Positions 1 through 9,673 of a stretch of DNA of 64,000 nt are shown here, piece by piece. The translations under genes and the position numbers were made by a program. The notes beneath the pieces were generated by a model. It did no database searches. It worked only from the letters and a program-made list of their open reading frames with translations, and was not told the DNA's origin. Within the stretch, counting starts at the first letter, position 1; each line of letters starts with the position of its first letter. Source of the stretch: Crocinitomicaceae bacterium. Lineage in GTDB: Bacteria > Bacteroidota > Bacteroidia > Flavobacteriales_D > Sanyastnellaceae. The DNA lies in contig PACT01000022.1 of assembly GCA_002700285.1 (NCBI GenBank), positions 120,429-184,428 on the forward strand. Reading direction: 5' to 3'.

Positions 1-367
1 GAAGCATCGCACCCACAAATTGAGTGGAGGTCATGTTTTCAATGAGATCTTTCATAGACAAACCTATGACGGCAGCAGGAATAGCACTAAGCGCAATTAA
101 CCCGACATATTTCCTTGCCCTTAGACCCTCATCTCCGTGCTTAAAAAAATGTAAGCATAAACGGACAATGTCGGATCTGAAAACGACAATCGTGCTTAAA
201 GCAGTAGCTCCATGAACGAGAACAGAGAAAGTGAGGTCTTCCTCTGGCAGTTTTAATATAGAGGTTCCAAGTGCGAGATGTCCAGAGCTGGAGACAGGAA
301 GAAATTCGGTAAGGCCTTGTAAGAGACCCAATATGAGATAGGATAATGTTTCCCAGGCTTCACTCAT
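1..367 (-). CDS. uppP: undecaprenyl-diphosphate phosphatase (UppP/BacA), N-terminal part; the gene runs off the window start
   Basis: My own minus-strand translation from the ATG at 367-365 gives MSEAWETLSYLILGLLQGLTEFLPVSSSGHLALGTSILKLPEEDLTFSVLVHGAT. GLTEFLPVSSSGH is the UppP signature. The ORF is absent from the track because it has no stop in the window. Its start overlaps the stop of the upstream ORF (ATGA). Confidence 0.85.
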   Translation of the reverse strand, partial: MSEAWETLSYLILGLLQGLTEFLPVSSSGHLALGTSILKLPEEDLTFSVLVHGATALSTIVVFRSDIVRLCLHFFKHGDEGLRARKYVGLIALSAIPAAVIGLSMKDLIENMTSTQFVGAML

Positions 368-606
368 GCCTTTTTGAGAATGGCGTATAAAATGGTACCA
401 TATCCAGCGAGAACGATATATGGCGCAAGTGTGATTCTTCTGAAGTTAAAAATGTCGTAATTGAACACGTCAGGATCGTTAGAGCCACCTCCACTCATGA
501 GTAGATATCCCAAAACCAACAATGCGAGCCCTACGCCAAGCCATTTGTAATTTGTTGAAGAAAAGGCGAAATTCTTATTTACAGGTTCGGTGTTTTTTTT
601 GCTCAT
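364..606 (-). CDS. DUF3098 small membrane protein
   Basis: 80 aa with two TM segments and the motif LMSGGGSNDPDVFNYDIFNFRRITLAP, typical of DUF3098. It sits between ftsX and uppP, as in many Flavobacteriia. Confidence 0.75.
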   Translation of the reverse strand: MSKKNTEPVNKNFAFSSTNYKWLGVGLALLVLGYLLMSGGGSNDPDVFNYDIFNFRRITLAPYIVLAGYGTILYAILKKA

Positions 607-620
607 GGTGCAAATTTAGT

Positions 621-1523
621 TTAATGAAGCTGACCAACATCGAGACGTAGGTAACGGTTTACAGCCAGAGCTGTTGATATAACGCCGAGGCCACCCCCTA
701 AGGCCACTAGCCCCCCAGCCAACATGCCCATTGTTGTAACGTCGAGAATGACAGCTTCAGTGCCAAGTGGGCTTTTTAGGAGCCCTAAGCCTGAAGTAAT
801 AAAAGCGAACGACAATAAGCCAGACGACACCCCCAATATAAACCCTTGCTTAAGAAATGGCCTGCGAATAAATCCAGGTCGGGCACCTACAAGTTGCATG
901 TTTCGAATAAGAAAACGCCGGGCAAAAACGGTTAACCTTACAGTATTATTCATAAGGGCAAGTGCAATGAATAAGCAGATGGAAGCGATTGAAATCAGTG
1001 GAACCATCAACCGGTTCAGCGTTCTTTCGATTTTTGCAAGCAATTGGTCTTGCCAAACAACATCGGCGACCCCTGGAATGTTCTCAAGTCGCTGTACGAC
1101 TTCGGAGAGTTTTTCTGAGGTACTGAAACCGGCTTTTATTCGAACATCCATGGCGGGAGGCAGTGGGACGTAACCTAAAAAGTCCACAAAGGACTCTCCC
1201 AGGTCGAGTTCTAGCTTTTTCGATGCGGTTGTAGGGTCAATATACTTTGCCTCAGCCACCGATTCCTCCGTTTCTACAATTGAAAGCGAAGTGTGAAGTG
1301 ACTCGGTGTCTAAATCACGCAAAAAGTATACTTGAATCCTCACTTCTTGCCGAAGCTGTTTTTCCCAACGTGAACCCAGGAACGATAAGACAGAGAGAAG
1401 CCCTATTAGAACGAGGGTTAATGTCATCCCCACTACCGTCGTAAACGTTGTGGTTGCCTGTGATGCGGGTAAGCGATGGGTGTTTTTACTACGACTGAAT
1501 GCCATACCCCAAAGATGCATCAT
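621..1523 (-). CDS. ftsX: cell-division permease-like protein FtsX
   Basis: About 295 aa with an N-terminal TM, a periplasmic domain and three C-terminal TMs (FtsX fold). The start is ambiguous: Met codons lie at 1523, 1520 and 1505. Confidence 0.8.
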   Translation of the reverse strand: MMHLWGMAFSRSKNTHRLPASQATTTFTTVVGMTLTLVLIGLLSVLSFLGSRWEKQLRQEVRIQVYFLRDLDTESLHTSLSIVETEESVAEAKYIDPTTASKKLELDLGESFVDFLGYVPLPPAMDVRIKAGFSTSEKLSEVVQRLENIPGVADVVWQDQLLAKIERTLNRLMVPLISIASICLFIALALMNNTVRLTVFARRFLIRNMQLVGARPGFIRRPFLKQGFILGVSSGLLSFAFITSGLGLLKSPLGTEAVILDVTTMGMLAGGLVALGGGLGVISTALAVNRYLRLDVGQLH

Positions 1524-1608
1524 AGCGCCTTTAATATTTAAAAGTTTAACAAAACAATGCTTATTCTTAATAAATACAAATAAGACGGAGTTATGCAGAC
1601 AAAACGTC

Positions 1609-1616
1609 TATTTTTG
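1609..1616 (+). promoter_or_regulatory. candidate Bacteroidota -7 promoter box (TATTTTTG = TAnnTTTG) for the suf operon
   Basis: An exact TAnnTTTG match ends 4 nt before the ATG at 1621. No clear -33 TTG was seen. Confidence 0.3.
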
Positions 1617-1620
1617 TATT

Positions 1621-1947
1621 ATGATTACAGTTAGTGAAGGAGCCAAGACTCAAGTGTTAAAATTACTGAGTGAAGAAGGTCGACCAAAAGGCAGCTTTGT
1701 CCGTGTAGGAGTTAAGGGAGGTGGGTGTAGCGGACTTATGTATGAGATGGACTTTGACCACGAGATTAAAGAAGGGGATCAAAATTTTGAAGACAAAGGC
1801 GTAAAAATAGTCGTAGATAAAAAAAGTTTTCTTTACCTGGTGGGCACTGAACTACGTTACAGTGGAGGCCTGAACGGAAAAGGATTTGAGTTTTACAACC
1901 CGAATGCAAATCGCACATGTGGATGTGGCGAGAGTTTTTCACTTTAA
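1621..1947 (+). CDS. HesB/IscA-family Fe-S cluster insertion protein (SufA/ErpA-like)
   Basis: MITVSEGAKTQVLKLL start, and a C-terminal CGCGESF motif with an upstream GGGCSG. The track ORF starts at 1450, but that extension overlaps ftsX and looks non-coding, so I use the ATG at 1621. Confidence 0.9.
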   Translation: MITVSEGAKTQVLKLLSEEGRPKGSFVRVGVKGGGCSGLMYEMDFDHEIKEGDQNFEDKGVKIVVDKKSFLYLVGTELRYSGGLNGKGFEFYNPNANRTCGCGESFSL

Positions 1948-1969
1948 ATATTCATTATATTGAAGCTCT

Positions 1970-3418
1970 ATGGAAAGGTTAGATGAAGATAAACTAATTG
2001 ATGAAGTTACTGGGAAGAGCTATGAGTATGGTTTTACAACTGAAATCGAATCTGAAACCCTTCCTCCTGGCTTAAATGAGGGTGTTGTGCGAACAATTAG
2101 TGCAAAAAAAAATGAGCCAGAGTGGCTTTTGAATTGGCGGTTAGAAGCGTTTAAAGTTTGGGCTGAAATGAAAGAGCCAGACTGGGCTCATGTGGAATAT
2201 GAAAAGCCAGACTTCCAAGCCATAAGCTACTACTCTGCGCCGAAACAGAAGAAAGAACTTGCATCTTTAGATGAAGTAGATCCAGAACTTTTAAAAACGA
2301 TGGAGAAGCTGGGGATAAGTATAGAAGAACAAAAAAGACTAAGTGGGGTTGCAGTAGATTTCGTGATGGATAGCGTTTCTGTAGCGACTTCTTTTAAAGA
2401 GAAACTTAGCGAGTTGGGTGTGATTTTTTGCTCTCTCGGAGAAGCGATTCAGGAACACCCTGAATTGGTGCGCAAACACTTGGGCACAGTCGTTCCTCAG
2501 AGAGACAATTACTACGCAGCATTGAATTCTGCAGTATTCACCGACGGTTCTTTTTGTTATATCCCAAAAGGTGTAAGATGTCCGATGGAACTAAGTACTT
2601 ATTTCAGAATAAACCAAGCTGGCACAGGTCAATTCGAACGCACATTGCTGATTGCTGACGAGGGAAGTTATGTCAGTTACTTAGAAGGGTGTACCGCTCC
2701 GCAGCGAGATGAAAACCAACTCCATGCAGCTGTTGTGGAGATTATATCTCACGATGAAGCAGAAGTGAGATACAGTACAGTTCAAAACTGGTATCCTGGA
2801 GACAAAGACGGCAAAGGTGGGGTCTTCAACTTTGTCACAAAGCGGGGTTTATGCCATCGCGCTGCAAAAATTAGCTGGACGCAAGTAGAAACTGGATCTG
2901 CTGTAACATGGAAGTATCCGAGTTGTATACTGAAAGGAGACGACAGTATCGGAGAGTTTTTCAGTGTCGCTGTTACAAACAACAAGCAACAGGCAGATAC
3001 GGGTACAAAGATGATTCACATCGGAAAGAGAACGCGATCGACGATTATTTCTAAAGGAATTTCTTCGGGATATTCTCAAAATTCATATCGAGGGCTGGTC
3101 CAAATACATCCAGGCGCTGAAAATTCAAGAAATTTTTCTGTGTGTGATTCACTACTCATGACAGATACATGCGGAGCGCATACCTTCCCGTATATAGAAG
3201 CCAAGAATCCGACGGCTCAAATTGAGCACGAAGCGACCACATCGAAAATAGGGGATGACCAAATATTTTATTGTCAGCAACGAGGGATTGAAGAGGAGGA
3301 GGCGATAGGCCTTATTGTCAAAGGATACGCAAAAGATGTTTTAAATAAACTGCCAATGGAGTTTGCAGTTGAAGCCCAAAAACTCCTTACTATTTCACTC
3401 GAAGGAAGTGTTGGTTAA
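1970..3418 (+). CDS. sufB: Fe-S cluster assembly protein SufB
   Basis: 482 aa, with SufB-type sequence throughout (e.g. [29 protein letters not shown]). It is followed by sufC and sufD. Confidence 0.95.
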   Translation: MERLDEDKLIDEVTGKSYEYGFTTEIESETLPPGLNEGVVRTISAKKNEPEWLLNWRLEAFKVWAEMKEPDWAHVEYEKPDFQAISYYSAPKQKKELASLDEVDPELLKTMEKLGISIEEQKRLSGVAVDFVMDSVSVATSFKEKLSELGVIFCSLGEAIQEHPELVRKHLGTVVPQRDNYYAALNSAVFTDGSFCYIPKGVRCPMELSTYFRINQAGTGQFERTLLIADEGSYVSYLEGCTAPQRDENQLHAAVVEIISHDEAEVRYSTVQNWYPGDKDGKGGVFNFVTKRGLCHRAAKISWTQVETGSAVTWKYPSCILKGDDSIGEFFSVAVTNNKQQADTGTKMIHIGKRTRSTIISKGISSGYSQNSYRGLVQIHPGAENSRNFSVCDSLLMTDTCGAHTFPYIEAKNPTAQIEHEATTSKIGDDQIFYCQQRGIEEEEAIGLIVKGYAKDVLNKLPMEFAVEAQKLLTISLEGSVG

Positions 3419-3433
3419 TTATTGAAAAGAACG

Positions 3434-4198
3434 ATGCTGAAGATTAATAATTTATGCGCCAAAGTCGGCGACAACGAAATTCTAAAGGGGCTTAACTTGG
3501 AGGTTAAACCAGGCGAGCTTCACGCGATTATGGGACCAAATGGTTCTGGAAAATCTACACTAGCAGCTGTCTTGTCAGGTCGAGACTCCTTCGAAGTGAC
3601 AGATGGATCAGTCGATCTTGATGGGATTGATTTGTTGGACCTAGAAGCGAGTGACAGAGCCAGAGAGGGTGTCTTTCTTGCCTTTCAGTACCCAATAGAA
3701 ATTCCTGGCGTCTCCAATCTGAATTTTATGAAAGCCGCCTTAAATGGCAAGAGGTCTCATCAGGGACTGGAGCCGATCAAGGCAAAAGATTTTCTCGCGA
3801 AAGTCAAGGAATGTTCATCTTTGGTCGAGCTAGATGGTCAGTTGCGAGACAGATCTGTGAACGAAGGGTTCTCAGGAGGAGAGAAAAAGCGCAACGAGAT
3901 TTTTCAAATGGCAATGCTCGAGCCCAAGCTCGCCATTTTAGATGAAACTGACTCTGGCTTGGACATCGATGCGCTTCGCGTTGTTTCGAAAGGCGTCAAT
4001 GAGATGCGGTCTTCAGATAGAAGCTTTATTGTCATCACTCACTACCAAAGACTTCTAGAGCATATTATTCCAGATTTTGTTCACGTGTTGTCGAACGGTA
4101 AAATAGTCAAGAGTGGCGGGAAGGAACTTGCTTTGGAGCTTGAGGAGAAAGGATACGATTGGCTTAAGGAACCTTCTCACGACACCTCTAACGCCTAA
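3434..4198 (+). CDS. sufC: Fe-S cluster assembly ATPase SufC
   Basis: Walker A GPNGSGKST, ABC signature FSGGEKKRNEI and Walker B LAILDETDSGLD. I prefer the ATG at 3434 over the TTG at 3422. Confidence 0.95.
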   Translation: MLKINNLCAKVGDNEILKGLNLEVKPGELHAIMGPNGSGKSTLAAVLSGRDSFEVTDGSVDLDGIDLLDLEASDRAREGVFLAFQYPIEIPGVSNLNFMKAALNGKRSHQGLEPIKAKDFLAKVKECSSLVELDGQLRDRSVNEGFSGGEKKRNEIFQMAMLEPKLAILDETDSGLDIDALRVVSKGVNEMRSSDRSFIVITHYQRLLEHIIPDFVHVLSNGKIVKSGGKELALELEEKGYDWLKEPSHDTSNA

Positions 4199-4201
4199 TC
4201 G

Positions 4202-5407
4202 ATGTCAGTCTTTACAGATAAGTTCTCAACCACACTTCCTCCTCCAACCAGGAAGTCAGAGCGATGGAAATACTCTCCAATTGCGAAGCTTTTAAACCAT
4301 GAGATTGCAATCTCTACAGAGTCTGCTCAAGGGTTTAACAGTTGGCCAGAGTCCTTGCTCCCAAACCCGGTATTGAACCTTGATGCCTATCTCGTCGTAT
4401 TTAAGAACGGTATTTTCGAGCCTACCTTAAGTGACCTGCCTGTATCTGACGGCGTAGATTGTGTCCCATTCAGTAAAATGGATCAAAGTGGATCGCTCGA
4501 GTTCTCGAATGGTTATCATCACAAAGAGTGGATAGGTGAGCTCAACGAAACCTACCGTCAAGATGGCCTTTCGCTTCATGTTCACCGCAATGTGAAAGTC
4601 GACCGACCGATTGTTATTCATCACCTCACGGATGGCATCAATGTTGCGAGTTTCCCCAAACACTTGATAAAAGTAGATGAAGGCGGCGAGTTGAATGTTG
4701 TGATTTGGTCAAGTGCTACAGATCGCTCAAGTGGGATGTATAATGGATTATTAGAAGCCTCAATAGGTCCAAATGCCATGTTCTCATTGGAAAAAGTGTG
4801 TAATGAAGGGGGCAAAGTATTTCACTTTTCACATGAGTATATCGTTCAAGAGCGAGACAGCAACCTGAAAATGCACACCTTTACCATCAAAGGCGACTGG
4901 GTGCGAAACGAATTGGAGATTATCTCTCGAGGCAAGGGCACGGACTCCGTTTTCAATGGTGCTTATCTCCCACTTGGGACAGAGCATATTGACAACCACA
5001 CAACGATGGACCACACATCTTCGGACTGCACGTCTTCGGAGCTTTATAGGGGCATCATGTATGGAAAATCTACAGGGGTGTTTAATGGCAAAGTCTTCGT
5101 AAGACCTGACGCTCAAAAAACAAATGCATTTCAGCAAAACACGAATATCGTTTCTGATCGCGGCTCAGCCATAAACACAAAGCCAGAGCTGGAAATTTAT
5201 GCCGACGATGTTAAGTGTGCGCACGGGTGCACTGTGGGACAATTTGATTTGGATGCGCTATTCTATCTTAAATCTCGTGGGATTGATGAAAAAGCGGCCA
5301 AAGCTTTGCTTGTCGAAGCATTTTTGGCGGATGTTCTTTCAAGCGTTTCAAGCACAGAATTGAGCACAGAAATTATGAGCCTTTATAGAGAACGCCATGG
5401 ATGGTAA
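4202..5407 (+). CDS. sufD: Fe-S cluster assembly protein SufD
   Basis: 401 aa. The C-terminal half is similar to the SufB beta-helix (PELEIYADDVKCAHGCTVGQ). Placed by its position between sufC and sufS. Confidence 0.9.
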   Translation: MSVFTDKFSTTLPPPTRKSERWKYSPIAKLLNHEIAISTESAQGFNSWPESLLPNPVLNLDAYLVVFKNGIFEPTLSDLPVSDGVDCVPFSKMDQSGSLEFSNGYHHKEWIGELNETYRQDGLSLHVHRNVKVDRPIVIHHLTDGINVASFPKHLIKVDEGGELNVVIWSSATDRSSGMYNGLLEASIGPNAMFSLEKVCNEGGKVFHFSHEYIVQERDSNLKMHTFTIKGDWVRNELEIISRGKGTDSVFNGAYLPLGTEHIDNHTTMDHTSSDCTSSELYRGIMYGKSTGVFNGKVFVRPDAQKTNAFQQNTNIVSDRGSAINTKPELEIYADDVKCAHGCTVGQFDLDALFYLKSRGIDEKAAKALLVEAFLADVLSSVSSTELSTEIMSLYRERHGW

Positions 5408-6626
5408 TTACGATGTCGCTGTTATTCGAAGAGAATTCCCCATTCTAGAGCGAAAGGTGAATGGTTTTCCTTTGGTGTATTTAGACAGTGCAGCCTCGGC
5501 ACAAAAACCGCGTACAGTGATTGAAACACAACGCGAATATTTGTCACATTTCCACAGCAACATTCATCGCGGTGTGCACACTCTTGCGACTCAGGCGACA
5601 GAAGCTTTCGAAGGTGCACGTGAGACAATTAAAACGCACTTTAATGCGGCAGAAAATGCTGAAATAATTTTTACTGCGGGAGCCACAGATGGGATTAATC
5701 TGGTCGCGGGCACTTGGGGAAGATCTAACCTTACGGCATCTTCTACGGTGTTGATGACGCGCCTTGAACACCACAGTAACATTGTTCCTTGGCAGATTCT
5801 CGCTTCTGAAATTGGGTTTAAAATTGAGGTCATAGAGATATTTCCTGAGGGTACAATTGATCTGGAGGATTACAAGGCCAAACTGGCGCTTGCGCCTGCT
5901 CTTGTATGTTTTTCTCATGTTTCAAATACACTGGGAACGATTAATGACGCAAAACATCTGACTTCTTTGGCCCACGATGCGGGTGCAATTGTTATGGTTG
6001 ACGGCGCACAAGCAGCCCCCCATATGAATGTCGATCTGCAGGACATCAATTGTGATTTCTATGTTGCTTCAGGTCACAAAATGTACGGTCCTACGGGGAT
6101 CGGATTTCTTTATGGAAAACGCGCACTTTTGGACGCGATGCCTCCATGGCGTGGAGGAGGTGAGATGATTTCATCGGTAAGTTTTGATGTGCCCACAACC
6201 TTTAATGTTCCCCCATACAAATTCGAAGCGGGAACCCCTCACATCTCAGGTGCGATTGCGCTTGGAGCTGCGATCAAATGGATGGAGTCAGTGGGGCTCG
6301 AAAATATTGCGGCGCATGAACTTGCACTTACGAAGTACGCACATGAAAAACTATTGCAAATTGAAGGCCTTAGAATTTACGGGACGGCAGAAAACAAAGC
6401 AGGTGTTGTGAGTTTTCTCGTGGAGGGAATTCACCCTTCAGATCTCGGAACACTTTTAGATCAATTGGGCGTAGCAGTCAGGACGGGGCATCACTGTACG
6501 GAACCACTGATGGACTGGTATAAAATCCCAGGAACGGTTCGGGCAAGTTTCGGTGCGTACAATACTTTTGACGACATAGACGCGTTAGTAGCTGCTTTAG
6601 AACGAGCCCTAAAGATGTTGAAATAA
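5397..6626 (+). CDS. sufS: cysteine desulfurase SufS (class V aminotransferase)
   Basis: PLP-lysine motif SGHKMYGPTGIG and active-site RTGHHCTEP. It overlaps sufD by 11 nt. Confidence 0.95.
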   Translation: MDGNYDVAVIRREFPILERKVNGFPLVYLDSAASAQKPRTVIETQREYLSHFHSNIHRGVHTLATQATEAFEGARETIKTHFNAAENAEIIFTAGATDGINLVAGTWGRSNLTASSTVLMTRLEHHSNIVPWQILASEIGFKIEVIEIFPEGTIDLEDYKAKLALAPALVCFSHVSNTLGTINDAKHLTSLAHDAGAIVMVDGAQAAPHMNVDLQDINCDFYVASGHKMYGPTGIGFLYGKRALLDAMPPWRGGGEMISSVSFDVPTTFNVPPYKFEAGTPHISGAIALGAAIKWMESVGLENIAAHELALTKYAHEKLLQIEGLRIYGTAENKAGVVSFLVEGIHPSDLGTLLDQLGVAVRTGHHCTEPLMDWYKIPGTVRASFGAYNTFDDIDALVAALERALKMLK

Positions 6627-6667
6627 AGCGCATTTACAACTCCCTTTTTATTAAATACCTTTGCATT

Positions 6668-7102
6668 ATGGGAAACATGAAACTGTTAGAGGCACGCCAA
6701 AACGAAATTGTTGAGGAGTTTTCTATGTTTGGCGATTGGATGGAGAAGTATGAGCACATCATCGAGATGGGCAAAGAACTTATTCCACTCGCCGAAAGTG
6801 ACAAAACGGAAGACAATTTAATTCGCGGGTGCCAAAGCAGGGTTTGGCTTGCGGCACAAAAAGATGAAGTGGGGGATGTGGTATTTTCTGCCGACAGCGA
6901 TGCGATTATCACAAAGGGTTTGGTGGCTTTAATGGTGAGGGTTTTGAGTGGTGCCAAACCTGAGGATATTGCAAACGTAGATTTACATTTCCTAGAAGAT
7001 ATAGGGTTGAATACACACTTAAGTCCGACACGATCGAATGGCCTTGCTTCTATGGTCAAGCAAATGAAGATGTACGGCCTTGTTTTTTCTGCGCGTTCTT
7101 AA
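6668..7102 (+). CDS. sufE: SufE-like sulfur acceptor protein
   Basis: 144 aa with the SufE/BolA-adjacent motif IRGCQSRVWL (active Cys). It lies directly after sufS. Confidence 0.85.
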   Translation: MGNMKLLEARQNEIVEEFSMFGDWMEKYEHIIEMGKELIPLAESDKTEDNLIRGCQSRVWLAAQKDEVGDVVFSADSDAIITKGLVALMVRVLSGAKPEDIANVDLHFLEDIGLNTHLSPTRSNGLASMVKQMKMYGLVFSARS

Positions 7103-7120
7103 CCGAGAAATAATATTGCG

Positions 7121-8452
7121 ATGTTATCGTTCCTGTCAAAATTAAATCCAGATTTTAAGAAACTACTTTCAGGAAGTGGTTTGGTCATGGCATTTAAGGT
7201 TGCTGGAGCAGGAGCAGGATATGTTTTTGCCTATTTGATCACATCAAATTACGGCGCGGAAACCTTTGGAGTCTTTGAATTGAGCTTGACAGTCCTCACC
7301 ATCGCGACGGTGGTTGGAAGTCTAGGTTTAGACGGTGCTTTGGTCAGGTTTATTCCAGAATTCATTGAAAAGAAAGCGCCCGGCCACCTGAGAAAGGTAT
7401 ATGGCTATGCACTTTCTGTCGCATTGCCATTTTCAATGGTGCTTGCGGCCTTACTCTATGTGTTTTCAGATGATCTCGCCCTTAAATTCGGGAATGAATT
7501 GTTAGGGACCCCTTTCAGAATCACAGCTTTTTTGGTTCCATTTTCAACGTGGTTTGGTATAAATTCTGAAGCATTTAGGGGAATGCGCCGTATGATTGAA
7601 TACAGCGTTTTGCAAAGAGGCACAGTGATTTTAATAGCAATAGCATCGTTTTTCAGCTACAAGTATTTTGCAATAGAACTGGCGGATAATGTAGTGCCTT
7701 TAATTGCTTTTGGAATTGGATTGGTCTTGCTGGCCCTCCTCTCAGGCATCCTGACTCCTAGAAGGCTAAGCCAAACGCTCCCCCTCACTTCCAGGGATAA
7801 ATCTATAAAACCCTTAGAGATTAAACCATTGCTTACAGTGGCATTTCCCATGCTCATGAGCACCTCGATGTTCTTGATCATGAATTGGACAGATACCATT
7901 ATGATCGGGTATTATCGCGACGAGTCCCAGGTCGGAGTGTACCGTCTCGCCTTTAAAGTGGCCAATTTAATCACCTTTACTCAGTTTGCGATAAGCAGTA
8001 TCGCAGCCCCAATGTTCAGTTCGTTTTTTGCGAAAAGTGACATGGAAGGGATGAAAAAAATCACGAGAAACATCGGCTACATGAACCTCGCGATTAGCAC
8101 ACCTATTTTCATACTGATGTTGATTTTTCCGTCTTTCGTATTGGACTTTTTCGGAGAAGAATTTTCTGCGGGAGTGGCACCACTGATTGTTCTTGCCATA
8201 GGGCAAATTATTAACGCCATATGTGGCCCTGTGATGTACATCCTTACGATGACAGGAAAGGAAAAGAAGGCACGCAACATCATCATTGTAGCTTCTGTGG
8301 TTAACCTCGGTTTAAATTTTTATTTAATTCCGATTCACGGTCTGATGGGCGCAGCATATGCAACGGCAATAAGCACAATCGTTTGGAATGTTTTGGCTGT
8401 GGTACAAATCAAAAAAGAGTACGGATTTATTTCGATCCCTCACCCATTTTAA
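7121..8452 (+). CDS. MOP-superfamily oligosaccharide/polysaccharide flippase (Wzx-like)
   Basis: 443 aa with about 12-14 TM segments and a Wzx/polysaccharide-biosynthesis-protein-like profile. No glycosyltransferases lie nearby. Confidence 0.7.
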   Translation: MLSFLSKLNPDFKKLLSGSGLVMAFKVAGAGAGYVFAYLITSNYGAETFGVFELSLTVLTIATVVGSLGLDGALVRFIPEFIEKKAPGHLRKVYGYALSVALPFSMVLAALLYVFSDDLALKFGNELLGTPFRITAFLVPFSTWFGINSEAFRGMRRMIEYSVLQRGTVILIAIASFFSYKYFAIELADNVVPLIAFGIGLVLLALLSGILTPRRLSQTLPLTSRDKSIKPLEIKPLLTVAFPMLMSTSMFLIMNWTDTIMIGYYRDESQVGVYRLAFKVANLITFTQFAISSIAAPMFSSFFAKSDMEGMKKITRNIGYMNLAISTPIFILMLIFPSFVLDFFGEEFSAGVAPLIVLAIGQIINAICGPVMYILTMTGKEKKARNIIIVASVVNLGLNFYLIPIHGLMGAAYATAISTIVWNVLAVVQIKKEYGFISIPHPF

Positions 8453-9667
8453 TTAAAGACTGTCGGCCTCTTTTTCCAATCGAAGCACTTCTTTTGCAAA
8501 CGCTTGCATGTTCTCATCTCTTACAGGCGCAGAAGGCGGAAACTTTTCTTGTCGGTGATCTACCTGAGCCCCATTTTTCCAAAACCTAAAGCACACGTGC
8601 GGGCCTGTTGCAAGACCAGTGCTACCGACGAGCCCTATTGTTTGGCCTTGACGCACCCGATCTCCGACGGCACACTTACGTTTACTCATATGCAGATACT
8701 GAGTCTCGTAGGTGTTGTTATGCCGAATCTTGACGTAATTTCCGTTGTTCTTCGTGTATGCAGACTTGGTAATGACCCCATCACCAACAGCTAAAATTGG
8801 GGTTCCTGTAGCCGCCGCATAATCAGTGCCTAGATGAGGTTTTATCTTTTTTAAAACCGGATGAAAACGCTTTTTATTAAAGGCACTTGAGATTCTAGAG
8901 AACTCTACAGGTGATTTAAGAAACGCCTTCCTTAACGAGGCGCCTTGAGGATCAAAATAATCCTCTCCGTCTCCTTGATTAAATCGATATGCCTGCAATG
9001 GGTGGCCGTGATGTGTGAAGCTAGATGAAAGAATGACGGGGATCCCTACAGGTTTACCATTTGCCATTTTTCGGAAGTAATACACGTCAAACACGTCCCC
9101 CTTCTGAACATGCGTAAAGTCAATCGTCCAAGCGTATACCCCTGCCATTGAAATAGAGAGGCTAGTCGGTGCATCCAATGCTTCTAAATCCAGATACAGT
9201 GACTGAGATATTTCGCCTTGAACACGACGATATAGGGTGTCTACAGGATAAGATCCAAGTTGAGCGCCCAGTGTGTCACCTAATGAAAAAACCACATAAT
9301 CAATGTCATTCCTTTCGTAAATCAACCATGCGGGGATGTTTAAGGAGTCAGCTGTCGACGCAATCCACCAACGTCTGTTTGCCCTCATCTTTCGGACATC
9401 ATACACATCCTTTGCGTTTGCAGCAAGCGTTGCCACTTTCCCTGATCCAAATTTATATGCATCTAGAATATGAGACAGTGACTGACCTTCTTTTACACGT
9501 CCTGAATCAACATCGAGGCCCTCCCACAAAACACCAAATCTCATTTCTGGATCGCGAACTTGATGGGGGCTGGTAAATTCACCGTGGCTCTCGCTTGAAT
9601 TTGTTGTGTCATTCACGCAACCAGATAGCGAAAAAAGACATATGAAGAAAACAAAAATGCGACTCAT
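8453..9667 (-). CDS. M23-family metallopeptidase lipoprotein
   Basis: Lipobox LSGC at the N-terminus. M23 motifs HLGTDYAA, YLHMSK and GSTGLATGPHVCFRFW. Confidence 0.9.
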   Translation of the reverse strand: MSRIFVFFICLFSLSGCVNDTTNSSESHGEFTSPHQVRDPEMRFGVLWEGLDVDSGRVKEGQSLSHILDAYKFGSGKVATLAANAKDVYDVRKMRANRRWWIASTADSLNIPAWLIYERNDIDYVVFSLGDTLGAQLGSYPVDTLYRRVQGEISQSLYLDLEALDAPTSLSISMAGVYAWTIDFTHVQKGDVFDVYYFRKMANGKPVGIPVILSSSFTHHGHPLQAYRFNQGDGEDYFDPQGASLRKAFLKSPVEFSRISSAFNKKRFHPVLKKIKPHLGTDYAAATGTPILAVGDGVITKSAYTKNNGNYVKIRHNNTYETQYLHMSKRKCAVGDRVRQGQTIGLVGSTGLATGPHVCFRFWKNGAQVDHRQEKFPPSAPVRDENMQAFAKEVLRLEKEADSL

Positions 9668-9673
9668 GTAACG

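Noticed and set aside
724-1173. Long antisense or shadow ORFs in the track. Examples are 724-1173(+), 12132-12698(-), 15432-15860(-), 21005-21412(-), 22244-22651(-), 34897-35406(+) and 49076-49567(-).
   Set aside because: Each lies wholly opposite or across a gene with strong family motifs. Their translations are low-complexity (Ser, Arg or Leu-rich) without recognisable domains, and 12132-12698 spans a stop and an intergenic region. I treat them as non-coding shadows.
1450-1620. A 57-codon N-terminal extension of the IscA-like ORF in the track.
   Set aside because: The extension overlaps the 5' end of ftsX on the other strand and crosses the AT-rich promoter region. IscA-family proteins begin at the MITVSEG-type start, at 1621.
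7121-8452. An isolated Wzx-like flippase directly after sufE, considered as a sign of a hidden polysaccharide locus.
   Set aside because: No glycosyltransferase, polymerase or chain-length gene is adjacent. A lone MOP-family transporter is not enough to propose a system.
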